DNA of 50,061 nt from positions 1 to 50,061 of the forward strand of contig LWCA01000124.1 of NCBI GenBank assembly GCA_001642005.1, given 5' to 3'. The notes below the pieces were generated by a model. The model had not been told where the DNA came from, did not search any database, and saw nothing but the letters and a program-made list of their open reading frames with translations. Shown here one piece after another: positions 1 through 12,459 of the stretch. Position 1 is the first letter of the stretch; each line of letters begins with the position of its first letter. This DNA comes from Intoshia linei. Taxonomy: Eukaryota; Animalia; Orthonectida. The position numbers and the translations under genes were made by a program.

Positions 1-1
1 T

Positions 2-409
2 TTGTCCGAAAATAATCTCATTTATTCTAATCGCTAATGGTAAAACAAATTCTTTACCGATAGTAAATGGCTTACTCGTTTTAGCAATATAATACGATGC
101 CTCATAAGATGCTAAAAAAAATTTATCTTGTTGGTACATCTGTGTTTCAAACGACGATTTTTGCTTTTCAAATAATTCTAATTTTCTTTCAAAAAATTGA
201 ATAGGTTTATGAGCGTACATAGTATGCTTTGAATTCAAATGTTTTTTTAATTTTGAGGGCTTCATACCTTCGTTTGCTAAAATTTCATTGCATACTACAC
301 AAAAAGGTTGATCTTCATTATTTTGAATTGATGTTGTAAATCCATATTGTAAAAAGGATTTACTGTATCTCCGTTTTCGGTTTTTTGTTTTGTTAGCCAA
401 TGTTTTCAT
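2..409 (-). mobile_element. hAT (Buster/Charlie, ZBED5/SCAND3-like) transposase, N-terminal part; ORF runs off the window start
   Basis: ATG at 409 opens an uninterrupted frame: MKTLANKTKNRKRRYSKSFLQYGFT...QPFCVVCNEILANEGMKPSKLKKHLNSKH...ASYEASYYIAKTSKPFTIGKEFVLP. This contains the BED-type CxxC...HxxxxH finger and the ASY..IAK..KP.TIG..L.LP block typical of Buster transposases. A possible 5' TIR (minus-strand TAGGGGTTGCAAG) ends near 519. Confidence 0.88.
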
Positions 410-990
410 TGATATATTAAAGTTTTTATAGATGAGTTTTAGTAATAGAGTAATTATTTAAATTTTTTACTTTAAGCTTAAAAAAACAACAATGTTAATA
501 AATTTTCTTGCAACCCCTAGTTTGAACGAGCTATTATATATGATGTAACTAGAGTTTTATATATACTTAAGAGTTGTTAGCGACAATTAAATTTAGAATA
601 TTTTTTTCTAATATTTATTGAAAAATGAATCATTACAGTTAATCAAAAAAAACTTTTTTGGAATCCAAGAGTTAAATTTAGTGCTCCGAGAATAATAATT
701 AGTGCAATGGTCAAAAAAGACTGTCTATTATCTAGATCATTGTTTCTTAACCTTTTTTATTGCAGGGCGAACCTGTGAAATAAATAAGAATTTGGCGCAC
801 CTTAAATTTTGATAAAAAAAACATCGACCTTCTAAAATCTGCAAAGATTAAAAATGATTCAAAATATAAAATCATAGTAATACAAAAATACATTTTTTTG
901 GTGACTTAAATTTAGTAAAGAACATTTGATGTATGATGAAATGTTGATATTTTTGTTTTTCACTATATTATTTAATATAAATACATTATA

Positions 991-1230
991 TTAGGTTGAC
1001 TGTTATGTACTACGTACAAACAACACCTAGCTCTGTCGATGGCACACTTTTATTCTTCCAAAAAAATTAATTCACGTTGAAAATTCTACTATTATCAATC
1101 CTTTAAAGGAGTGGTTCCCAAATTTGTTTCAGGTGGAGCCATCATATCACATTACTTTTTACTTTAAAGTAAATTATTCCATCTTAATTTTTTTGTTAAC
1201 ATTTGCGTAAAGAAATTAAAAACAATTGTT
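991..1230 (-). mobile_element. Non-autonomous Helitron, 3' fragment
   Basis: Reverse complement matches the 3' ends of the copies at 14000-14255, 16380-16551 and 21185-21334 (AGAGCTAGGTG.TGTTTGTACGTAGTACATAACAGTCAACCTA). The terminal CTAG has decayed to CTAA. Confidence 0.7.
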
Positions 1231-1296
1231 ATCCCATTTTGTAAATTTATTAGAAAGTATTTATGTATAATATTAAAAATAAAGTAAAAACAGTTC

Positions 1297-1510
1297 AATC
1301 CTAAAAATTGTCATAAATAGCATAAATTCCAGAAAAAATAAAATTAAGAAACCTATTTTGTCATTTTCAATGTGATGACATATATTCAGTATCAATTTAA
1401 TAAATAAATCCTAAAAATTGTCATAAATAGCATAAATTCCAGAAAAAATAAAATTATAAACTATTTTGTTATTTTTAATGTGATAGTACTTATTCAGTAC
1501 CAATTATTAA
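1297..1510. repeat. Local tandem duplication, 2 x ~110 bp
   Basis: AATCCTAAAAATTGTCATAAATAGCATAAATTCCAGAAAAAATAAAATTA occurs at 1297 and again at 1407, and the similarity continues with mismatches. Confidence 0.9.
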
Positions 1511-1816
1511 CGGAATCAGCATTTTAGAAACATATTTCAGATGAATTTTACCAATATTGCAAAGCATTAATAATAGTAATAAATATAAAAATGATAATAA
1601 CAAAGTTGTACTACTTTTTGTAGTTTTAATTTAAATTTTAAACATGATGTTTTGAAAATGAGAATTAAACATTGCGAAGGAATGAATTATATAGATTTTC
1701 ACCCATATTTCTTTAGACGTTTAATGACTTAACGTTTTATTTTTTTTTTTGGTAAAAAATGTACTATGCTAAAGTCAATTTAAATTTATTATTTACTGTA
1801 ATGCATATTATTATAG

Positions 1817-2147
1817 AACTTCAGTAAAAATCGATACAAGTGAATCAACCGTAATATCTGATGATATACCTGAAACCTCTGATATACAAACAAAACCTGA
1901 AAAGCTATCAACCGACAATATTGAACTGGATAAACCGGTTATCAGCATCAAGGAAAATAAAAAGCCAATCAAACTAAAAAAAACACCTACAAAATTAGTT
2001 GTACCAGACGACCCTCAATATTACAACGAATGGCTACCACCCACTGGTATATTTGATATTATATTTTATACCTATAGATTTTATTACTTTTAATCAGATC
2101 AAAAAGGCGACGGAAAACTTGACATGAACGAAAAGTTTGGTTATTAA
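1817..2147 (+). CDS. SLC4A1AP: Kanadaptin (SLC4A1AP), last two exons (1817-2046, 2098-2147); upstream exons not identified
   Basis: Splicing a 51-nt GT-AG intron (2047-2097) gives ...VPDDPQYYNEWLPPTDQKGDGKLDMNEKFGY*. This matches the conserved kanadaptin C-terminus W.PP..Q.GDG.T.LN.K.GY. Confidence 0.82.
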
Positions 2148-2161
2148 GTTTGTACAATAAA

Positions 2162-5100
2162 TTATTTATTTTGTAATTTCGTAATATAGTGTTTAACTAT
2201 GGCGTGACTATAAGAGTAATTTTCCAGATTTGTAGATTTGCTTTCAATTTGCGAAAAGAAACCTTGAACAAAACATGCATATTCAGAAACAACAGATAGT
2301 TTTATGAAAATTTGAGTAACAATTTGTCGTAACTTGAGGGACTGGGAAATATTGAGGTAAATATGAAGAGAATTTACAAGAGGCATTAAATGCTTGAGAG
2401 AGTATATTTTGCATTTAGAAAAAATTAAATCAATGACGGTTAGATAACAATTCTGACACTTGAAAATGTAAGTAGATTGAAAATTAGTTTCAATATTTTT
2501 AAGTTTAGAGTAATTTTGCATATGACTATAAAGATTTTGATCGAAATAGGCAATGGAGTTTTTAAATTCATCCAGATCGGTAGGTTTATATAAAAGTGAT
2601 TCTGGGCCTAAATTAGTTAAATGTTCAATAAGTAATGGTAAAAGTTCAAGAAGAACGCGTCTTTTAACAAACTCGTTTGCTAATTCCAAGAGTACGGTGA
2701 CTACGTTCATCAAATCCTGTTGCATGATAACAGAACTGGAAGACATTTCGTTGAAATACTCAGATTTTTGATCCATAGAACAAATATTTTTAATTTTTTC
2801 AAAAATATTGTCTTTTTTAAGACAATTTGTAATGAGAGAAATTAAGACATGCCAAACCTTGTCAACGTATTGCAAAAACTCAGAATCAGTTAAATAAATA
2901 ATTTGTAAAAGAATAGCTACGGTTTGAAAAGTATTTCTATAGTCTTTCAACTTGTTTGAATTGAGGTTGGTAAAACACTTGCGTAAAATATGATCCAAAC
3001 AAATTTTACCCATTTTGATTTCAACTGAATTTTCTTCAATCGTAACCAATTTTTTGTCTGGTTTTGTATTAGCTTCAATTTCTTTTTTTATCATTGTTTC
3101 GAAATCCTCAAATAAATTTTCCTTGGTAATATTATTATTAACGTGTTTAAGATATTGGCCATCGTTAAAATCGACATTATAACAAAAATAAAGACGTTTC
3201 TTTATAGAAAATGATAATGATCGAAGTAATGTGGAATGTTGTTCAGTGTGTGTAAAACTCGATTCCAAATTAAACAAATTATCCATGATTGGTTCAATAA
3301 GATTGAGACATTTAGAAACATCAGAATTTTCAAAATTTTCATTGGACAAAAATTGAATACACGATGTAATAATAGTAATAGCCACTTGTGAATTGTTTGA
3401 CATGTAAATTGATTTTTCTGTATAAGATACAATAAAATCCATATTATCAGAAATCATTTTTACGAAACCACCAAGATCCCAATTTGAAATGATTTTCAAA
3501 GCTACAATGGAATTGATTCTAACAATATCTATACAACTCATGGAATGATATAAAAGGATACACAAAAATTTTTTCAAAACTTTCCAATTTTCACCATTTT
3601 TAGAATAAAATTTGTAAATATTTGTAACGAATCGTACAAACATGCATTCAAATATTGAAACAAAATTTTCAGTTTTAGATGTTGGGCTAGAATTTAAATA
3701 ATTTTCGTTAAAATATTCTACTAAATCATTCATAATTTGATTTAAACAAGGTGAACATTGGTCTATCAGATTTAAATCTTTTTGCATCTGTTTTGATTGT
3801 ACTTTTTCCTCGTGAATTTCCAAAAACATTATTACAAATAATAAATTGTTGGTATGTTTAGCATATTCACTTTTTACTTTTCTTATTTTTATTGAATCGG
3901 ATTGTTTTTTTAATAATAATTCCTTCTTTTTTTGTAAAGCATTTTTAGGGTCTTTCACAACAATTTCCGGTATTTTATTGGAAATTTTATCAATATTTTT
4001 GCACTCTGAAATCAAATTGGAAATGTTGGAATTTTTAGTATTTAAACTTTCCTTATTTTCATAATCACCAGATGAAACGTCTTCAAAATCATAAAAGTTT
4101 ACATTTTCAGATTTTTTCTTTTTTTCTACATTTTCAAGAATTGGGGAATTTTGAATATTATTAATCTCAGAATCCAATGAATCTTTAGAAATTACTTCGA
4201 CATCGGAATCAGTTTCTTCCAAAACTTTAATAAGTTCGGGACTGGGAGAAAGTTGATAAATAGAGTTTTCATAAACAGATGATACATTATGTTTTGGTTC
4301 AAATTCTGAATAAGGTGTAATATTAACTTTTTCAAAAATTTGCGGTCTTTTGGTGTTAATACATTCGGTACCGTTGAAAATTTTGTTAGAAATTACTAGA
4401 TCAGCTTTATTAGTTACATTTTCGAGTTTGGATTCTGTTTTAGGTTCATAAAACTTTTCAGACCCATAGTTAAGTTTTTTCAAGTCCTTGGAGCTCATTG
4501 AGTTTGAATCGGATAAAAATGACGATTTAGATTTAGAATGACTGTGACTAGACATTCCAAAACTATCCATAATTTTTGATTGTCTCTGAGCCAAATTAAT
4601 TGGATAATCGTATGATGCCTTATTAACTTGCTTATAAGCTGGTTGTAACACAGAACAGCTTTTTCTTTTACACGTACGTGACGCTAATGTTATAGGTTTC
4701 ACTTCTTTATCAAAACCATCTTCTTCATTAGCAAGGTTATTATTAACATCCAAAGTTGACAAACTGTCGGAAAGATTATTTACTTGTCGCTTTTTCTCAG
4801 ACTCATTTTCACCATGAAAACTATTTGACAGTTTTATCGAGTCATCAGATTCTGAAGATGAATTTGATATAGTACATTTCATATTATAAATTGATTCTCT
4901 AGAACTTTTAATATCAGACAGACTGCTCTTGACATAATCATCTTTCTGAGTCGACATATTGGTCTTTTTGATTTTTGAAGTATCCTGATATAAATCGATA
5001 AAACTTTTTAGACTATTAGCTGTGCCGAAATTTTTCAATTTAGACTTTAGTTTTACCGTAAAATTAACCTTTTCCTTAAAATCTTGACACATTTTAGGTG

Positions 5101-8100
5101 TTTGACCATTTTCACTAAATAAAATTTCTGAACTAACAGATTTTTTACTTCTTTTAATCAAATTTTTTGTTCCAGATGGATTTTTCGGCTCATCGTTCTT
5201 TGAAACTTTGGATTTCAATTTATTTTTCATTTTTAAATTTATATTATTTTTTGGATCCTTACATTTAACGGTGCCAACGCTATTGAAATTGTAGTTATTA
5301 AAAGAATCGATTGAATCTGATTCCAGGTCCAATTTTACAAATTGCCTAGGTAAGCTATTAACGGGGGATTTTTTATTTTTACCCTTTTTCTTAAATCCAA
5401 ACTTTGATTTAAGTTTGCTAGAAAACGTTTTTTTTATATTTGGAGAATCAGAGACATTACTTTCATCAACACTCAAGTCTAATGTATTACTAAAATCATT
5501 TCCCATATTCAAATTGTCGGTATAATTTGATTCATAAACATGAGTTGGTTCTATGTACGAATCGCGCAAAATAGATTTCGATGAATTAACTTTTTTAGCA
5601 AGTTTTCTCTGCGGTTTTATAGGCTTTTTTTCCAATGTCGTATCTTTTTCAATATTTTCTTGATTACATTTTTCTTCAACTTTTACAGTATTATCAGAAA
5701 TTGTATCAAAATTAATAGATTCCGGTACAAGAGATTTTACTTGAGGAAAATCTTCTTGAACCTCCATAGTTTGGTCTTCCATATTCAACATTAAATTAGA
5801 ATCAGTATAATGAATAGACGTTTCATCTTCTTCAACATTGTTTGACTGGGGTACTACTGTAGATGTCATAGATAAATTGTCTGAATAATTAGACCATACA
5901 CTTGATAACCGGCTCCTATGTACTGAATTATGTTCATCGTCTTCAAATGACGACTCGCATTCTGGAATTGTTTCAAGGGTAGATAGTTTGCAACCTATTC
6001 TAGACAACGATTTAATTTTCGACATGTTGGTCGACGTATTTGGATCAAGAATATCATAAATAGAATTTTCTACACATTGTGTATCTTCCGGTAATTGCTC
6101 ATTATGTTTCATTAAAATTTCTTCATTCAATTCAGGAAAATTATTACAATCATCAGGATTCGTTTCAAAATTGACACAACTTTTGAAACTTTCATTGTCA
6201 TCGCCGTCACTGATATCTGGAGAAAATGAACATTCCTTAAAATTATCATTTCCAAAGTTAGACGTGGAATTGGATGACATTTTAAAATTCATTTCATCAT
6301 CATCACATTTTTCCCGTTCATTTTCATTAGATTCAGTTTGAATTTGCACCAATATTTCATCATCTTTTAAATTTTTAGAAAGAGATTCAACAGGGTTTTC
6401 AATTGCAATTTTTTCTTTCGAAAATGAAGATTGCTCAAATTTTTCCTTCTCAGATATACACATGGAAATAGATGACATTTTAAAGTCCATTTCATCATCA
6501 TAACATTTTTTTCCTTCATTTTTATTAGATTCAGTTTGGCTTTGTTTACATTGCTCATCGTCGTTTGAATTTTCTGAAAAAATTTCGTCGTAACCAATTT
6601 CAAGTCCACGTTTTGAATGTAACGATTCTTCCAATTCTACCTTGTCAGAAACAGATGACGATTTAAAATCATTAATAATTTCATCAATATTTTCATTGCT
6701 TAGATTAGACTCATTCGTTTTAGAAACAATATTTTGAAATTTCGTTTGTTCACTGTCCATCGATTGAATTGGCTTAAAATTCGTAATAGCTGCAGAATTT
6801 TTATTAAATTTTTTTAATATATTTATAAATTTTTTCTTTATTCTTGGTTTTTCACTTTTAGTAAATTTTTTTTCATATTCAAATTCGTGTTTCGAATTCA
6901 AGTTACAACTTTTGGCATTATTTTCAGTATAATTACTTTTTTCTTCTTCTTTATTATCAATTTCATTTTTTATTTTCAATAGTTGGAATAGATTATTGGA
7001 AAATAAAATTTCATTCGAATTGTCTATATTTGCCTTTTTAGTTGTAGATTCATTTACATTATGAGAAGCTTTAAAATTTGTTACTATATATTGATTAAAC
7101 GTTTCAGTCTCAACATCAGATTCACTTTTATGAGTTTCATAAATTGTAGAGGTTTTTACAATATCATTACAATCAACATTGGATGATTGTGTTTGATTAT
7201 GTTTTAATTTCAGTGCAAAATGTGTTTTTATTCCCATCTTTTTTGAGGGAGATATCAAATTATCCTTTAAATTAGTTTCTGTTTCTTTTATTTCTAAATT
7301 TAATACAAATAAATATGATTGAATGTTTGAGTATAAATTAGATGGGAAATGGTAAATAAGTCTCAATTCTCATACTATAAAAATTATATATTATAAAAAT
7401 TAATAACCAAACTGTCAATCGGGAATTTTCAGATTATTTTTTTTTAAAAAACCTTAAAGAGGAAGATTTTTGAAGATTATTTTTTGACCAAACCTTAAAA
7501 AGGAGGTTTTTTGAAGATTAAACCTCTTTAAGGTTTGGTTTAAAAAAATATGTTCATTAGGGGTGTGAAAGAATTTTTATATAAAAAGTGCACTCTTCCA
7601 CCATATGGACATTTTGAAAATATTCAATTTGCACCCAACCTTACCTCTCAACTGTTAAAAAACCCTGGGGCATCGCATGTAAAGTTTTGAACAATATATC
7701 GCTCACAGCAATTAATATATGACAATTTTCTTAAAAATATTATTTTAAATCTAAAATTTTTTATACAAAAAGCTATAAAGATGATCAAAATTATCGTCTA
7801 GCGAATTATGAACACCGAATTGTTATAAAACCGATTCTAATGAGAAAACTGAATAAATAAAAAAAATATCAATTGAAAATTAATTGTTATAGAAATAATT
7901 ATCACTATGAAATTTACTATACAAAATAAATTAAATTTTGCTCATTATTCATATTTTGACTTTGCCCCAGGGTTTTTTTTAATACTTTTTATGTAATTTT
8001 TTGATAATCGTGTATCATTCAACCCCATCTTCCACGTATGAAGTAGCACTTTTGTATTTTCGCAAAAAAGTGAAAAAATTCACACCCTAATGTTTATAAT

Positions 8101-10726
8101 ATATAATTTTTATACAAGCTAATTCCTATTTAACGGAATTCCTTCATAACATAACGATGCTATAGATACAAAACTTCAACCCCAAAAGTGTACACATTAC
8201 CGGTGAAACATAACTTTAAATATAGTATTAACCAATATTTTGAAATGTTTGGATTTAATCAAGAATGAAAATGTAAATACTCATAAATTGCATCCTTGGG
8301 TTTTTTCATTTTCAAAAAATATAAAAAACTAATTAAATAATTAAGCGTATTAATTTTTAAATTATCTTAAATTATTTTATAAAATTTTGATTAAAATATG
8401 TCAATCCTTAATTTAGAGTAACCTTCACTAGAATATTAAAAATACAATTACCATGACTAGACGAAAAATCCATTTCATGATTTTTTTCTTTTTTGCCAAA
8501 AAATACATCATTTTCCAAAGTCTCAATAGTGCTTAATTTATTAATATTAATATCGTTCAAATTTAAAATGTCATCATTTTTTGAATCAACAGAGTTGGAT
8601 AAAGATTTTTTATGAACAGAATCGGACGTTAAATTTTTTTTTTCCATAAAAACAGAATCTGAAGAACTAAAATTTTCTATATTTTCCAGACTAATATTTT
8701 TAAATTGAAAAGTTTCATTTGATGAATCAAGCAAATCATTCACATGTTTAGCATTAGAATTTGAATTAATACCACTTTTAGATTTAGATTGATATGATTT
8801 ATTTGGAGAAAGTAACGTGCCTTTTTTTTTAAGTTTAGATGCCAATTTAGGATTGATTCTCATTTTACCAGTTGAAGTTTGTTCTTTATTAAAATTGAAT
8901 TGATCCGAACCAAAACTGGATTCTATAGGTAAATGTTTATGGTTCCAAATTGTAATTTGAAATGTAGGCAAATCTTTAAAGGTACACAATAAATATTCTA
9001 AACACTTGTATGGGTTCAGATTAACCAAAGTCCACATTAGTAATTTGATATAGTCCAATTCTTTATTTTGGTTATCTTGCGAAATGTACTTGTATTGAAT
9101 TTTAGAAAATACATTAACTGTACTGTAAATTTGTTGAATTTCAATTTTAAGAGTAATATATTCAATCAAAGAGTACATAATTTTTGTAGACAATAAATCA
9201 TTAACAGTATTATCATTTTCGGTAAACGGAGGTTCAATTAATTTAATGTTGACACTTTGGTTAATAAGAAAAAGTGAAAACTTTGAAAAATTGGAACAAT
9301 TTATCTGTAAAATTTTTTTGTGATCCCATAAAATTGATTTTGAATTAAATTGGTTTAATATACTAATTACCGCATAAATTTCAGTCAATTTATAATTATT
9401 TCCTACGTCTTTAATATCGTTTTTCATTTCTTTTAATTTATCAAAATTTTCATTTAATTGATCAATATTTGAAGTCAATTTATAATGAAAACTATCTAGA
9501 AATGCTGCAGAATTTTTGGCGAATTTGTAAACAAAAATATTGAAAATTAATAACTTGCAATATTTTGAGAATTTATCAGAGGATAACTCTGTATAGTAAT
9601 ACAATAAACTATCCAATATGGACTGATTCATAACCTTTTCAACGGAAGAACAATGCACAAATTTTAATAAAAGAACCAAGATGGACATTTTAGTGGCTTT
9701 TGATGCGTCATGTCGCATTTTCAAAATTTTTTCCATATAAATGAAAAGTTTGGGTAAAACTGACTTGAACCAGTCGGAATTTAGCTGACATCGAAACGAA
9801 TTTGAAGAAACTGTATCATATGTGATGGCTACATTTTGATATAACAAAAATGTAAACAAATAACCCAATAATTGGAGAGAATCGATGACAGTTTTATCTG
9901 AAAAACTGTAAAAAGTACAAAATGTGGAATATATACTTTTGATTATTCCCGGTAAAAAATAGGCCATTGATTCTTTACATAAAATTATGCATTTATTGCA
10001 AAGGTTCATTGCATGTGGTTTTCCAGATTCAAATAAAAAACAGTTTAAAGCAATAATAGAAATGGACCGGATCTTTGATGAATTATGATTAATCTGGTAT
10101 AACAAAAAAGATATAAATGTGCCAATTCGAGTCAGCGTAGTGGTTTCTTGTTCTCCAGGTTTCAACGGTGTATATATTGATATATTGCAATCACCATTTT
10201 TCTTCTTCTTTACGACTGTTCCATATGCTTCTACGGAATCGTCATTGTCCCAATCATCATTTTCCAAATTTACATTTTTTTTACAGCTACCATTTTTCAA
10301 AATTGTTAAATATACATTCAAAATTGATAATAAATTGATTTCGGATGATTTTTCTTTAAGATGTTGGCTAGAAATGATGAGCACTATATATTCAAATACT
10401 TGCTTGTGAAATTGTTGAAATTTTACAAATACTTTAATGTTTGATTTTAAATTTAAGTCTGTTGAATTGAATACTTTTTCTATAAAAAGTCGAGTGAATT
10501 TTAGACTTTCTTCCAATAAATGACTAGATTTTGCATCCAAGTTTTTTATTTTTATCAACATTTTTAAAACCATAAATCTAATTGATGAAAAAATTAAATC
10601 GTAACAATTTAGTAATGTTATTCCATCAATTTTTAACAATAATTTTGATAATGCAGAAATAATTTCCACATTCGGCAATTTCTTCCGAGTCAAAATACAT
10701 TGACAAATTTGAGTTATCTCAGACAT
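2162..10726 (-). CDS. TTI1: TELO2-interacting protein 1 (TTI1) with a ~1,300-aa internal low-complexity insertion; exons 10726-8452 and 7293-2162, ~2,468 aa
   Basis: The N-part has IGTFISFLL...SSKIRSISIIAL...MAYFLPGI and the C-part has ISDNMDFIV, YVDKVWHVL, EFVKRRVLLELLPLL and YIFKCQ...IYLNISQSLKLRQ, which recall TTI1 blocks. The phase-1 donor (CATG|GTAAT, 8452/8451) and acceptor (TTTAG|AA, 7294/7293) join the two long ORFs in frame. Confidence 0.8.
7558..8089. mobile_element. MITE with TAGGG(G)TGTGAA termini (hATm-like) in the TTI1 intron
   Basis: Termini are TAGGGGTGTGAA and TTCACACCCTA, with flanking 8-mers ATGTTCAT and ATGTTTAT (7/8 TSD). Subterminal inverted blocks include AAAAGTGC/GCACTTTT and AAAAACCCTGGGGCA/TGCCCCAGGGTTTTT. 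Confidence 0.75.
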
Positions 10727-11559
10727 TTCTCTATATTAATTATTTTAAAAACATACTGATTGATCTAATGTTTACCTAGTCTTTATCATTTTAATTGTAT
10801 ATATGACAACGTTTCTTTATCGTTACAAAGACAAAATTTTGGCACATATCACATTACATATATGTTTATATTTTTGTCTGTAATTAAAGTTTACTTTAAA
10901 CAGGTGATTATCAAACTTTTTTACTTGTTGAGAATTTCAAGATACACCAATACCTATTTACATAATAAATTATAAAAGTAGATGCAATTTCAATTCTCAG
11001 GAATAACCGTTTTTGAGACCTGATGTAATGTTTTTTATTATTTTATGTAGTTTAAATTATAATGTTACAAAACAACTCTACGCTATATATCATGAATAAC
11101 ATACTAACTGTTAGTATGATATTATGCAATTTGGGGCGTATATAAATAACTCGGAAATAAAATTATTATTGCAGTTCGACCTCGATTTTGGACACCAAAT
11201 TTTGTAAAGTGCTCCAAAACAGGTTTTAATAAATTACTTAATTTTTTATTAATATAATTGTAAATACTTAAATTGTTGCAATGTTATGATTAGGGCCATT
11301 TATGTAACTTTATTCACCTACTAGGTCACGGATTATTAACCTTTTTCCACTTTGCACCCAAAAATTTAATAAACTTAAATTAAACATCGATATGATAAAA
11401 ATACACCAAAACACTGGTTAGTCCAATTTATCAATATAATTTATTTTAGTGAATCCATAAAGAATATAATTATCACTCCACTTTCCTTTTTTTTGACGTA
11501 TGTAAACAGAATTTAACTTTATTTTCGAAACTTCATTCAACTTGATTCTAAGTTAGGAT

Positions 11560-12137
11560 TCCTAATTTATATAAAAGGCTACGCGATTTTTCTTTGTGTG
11601 TGTGTGTGACTTTAATGAAATAACTACCACTCTTAGAATTTTTTAGAGACCAAATTTCAATTACAGTTTTTTCCGGAACGTATAAGATATCTTTCAACCT
11701 CCCAATTTTACATTTTACTGTCAAAAACCCCTATTGTCCCTCTTTTTGAAAATCAAACGTGTTGTAGAATTTAAAAAAACATATACGCTGATACGGATAA
11801 TAAAGTCATAAACATTACTATACGTTTAAATTTAAAAAAATTATATCTTTAGGGCCAAAACCACAAATTACCCTTCTTTTTTTAATGAAAACAGCCCTAG
11901 AATTTTAAAAAATTTACAGGTTTTACAGTTGTATTCTGTTAACACACACAGAGAATTTCAATCTGAATAAGTGACGACTTCACGGTCAAAAAAGCATTTT
12001 AGTATTCATATATTTATTTTCTGAAATATTTTATTGAAACAAAAAATGTGAAATAATTAACTGTCCAAAAATTAAAAAAAAAAGATTATTCTGATAGAGC
12101 TTATTTCAGTTGATATAAATACAAAATTTCAACCCCA
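11560..12137 (+). mobile_element. Non-autonomous Helitron, 3'-truncated copy
   Basis: Begins TCCTAATTTATATAAAAGGCTACGCG followed by a (TG)n tract. It is highly similar to 15793-16290 and 20661-21180, and the similarity stops at AACCCCA. Confidence 0.75.
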
Positions 12138-12459
12138 TTTGTATTTGTGCATATGAAATTTAGATAACAATTCTTAGTGCAAAATGTAAATTTTATCATC
12201 AATTTTTAGTCGGTTGCTCATAAGCTTTAAGTTCAAACAGACTAAGGCTTAGAGTTAGGCTTAGTCACTAACCCAGTTTTTGATATTCATTGACAACGAA
12301 ACGACATTTTTTGTTGTATAACAACGACGTTGACATAATTAAAAAAAATATAATACATATTTTGTATTAAAGTTTAATAAAAAATAAAAAAAAAAATTTT
12401 TTTTATAATTTAAACATACATTCCATTTATGTAATAAAATTAGCCGTTTTGTTATAAAC

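Noticed and set aside
7294-7366. Listed start of the 1,734-aa ORF (MRLIYH...)
   Set aside because: The start is a non-ATG codon, and the segment lies upstream of a good in-phase splice acceptor, so it is most likely intronic.
2553-10409. Short ORFs at 2553, 3202, 3846, 6367 and 10119
   Set aside because: They are antisense or alternative-frame shadows of the TTI1 exons with no independent motifs.
12244-12265. TAAGGCTTAGAGTTAGGCTTAG, resembling a TTAGGC telomeric repeat
   Set aside because: It is too short and degenerate to distinguish from chance.
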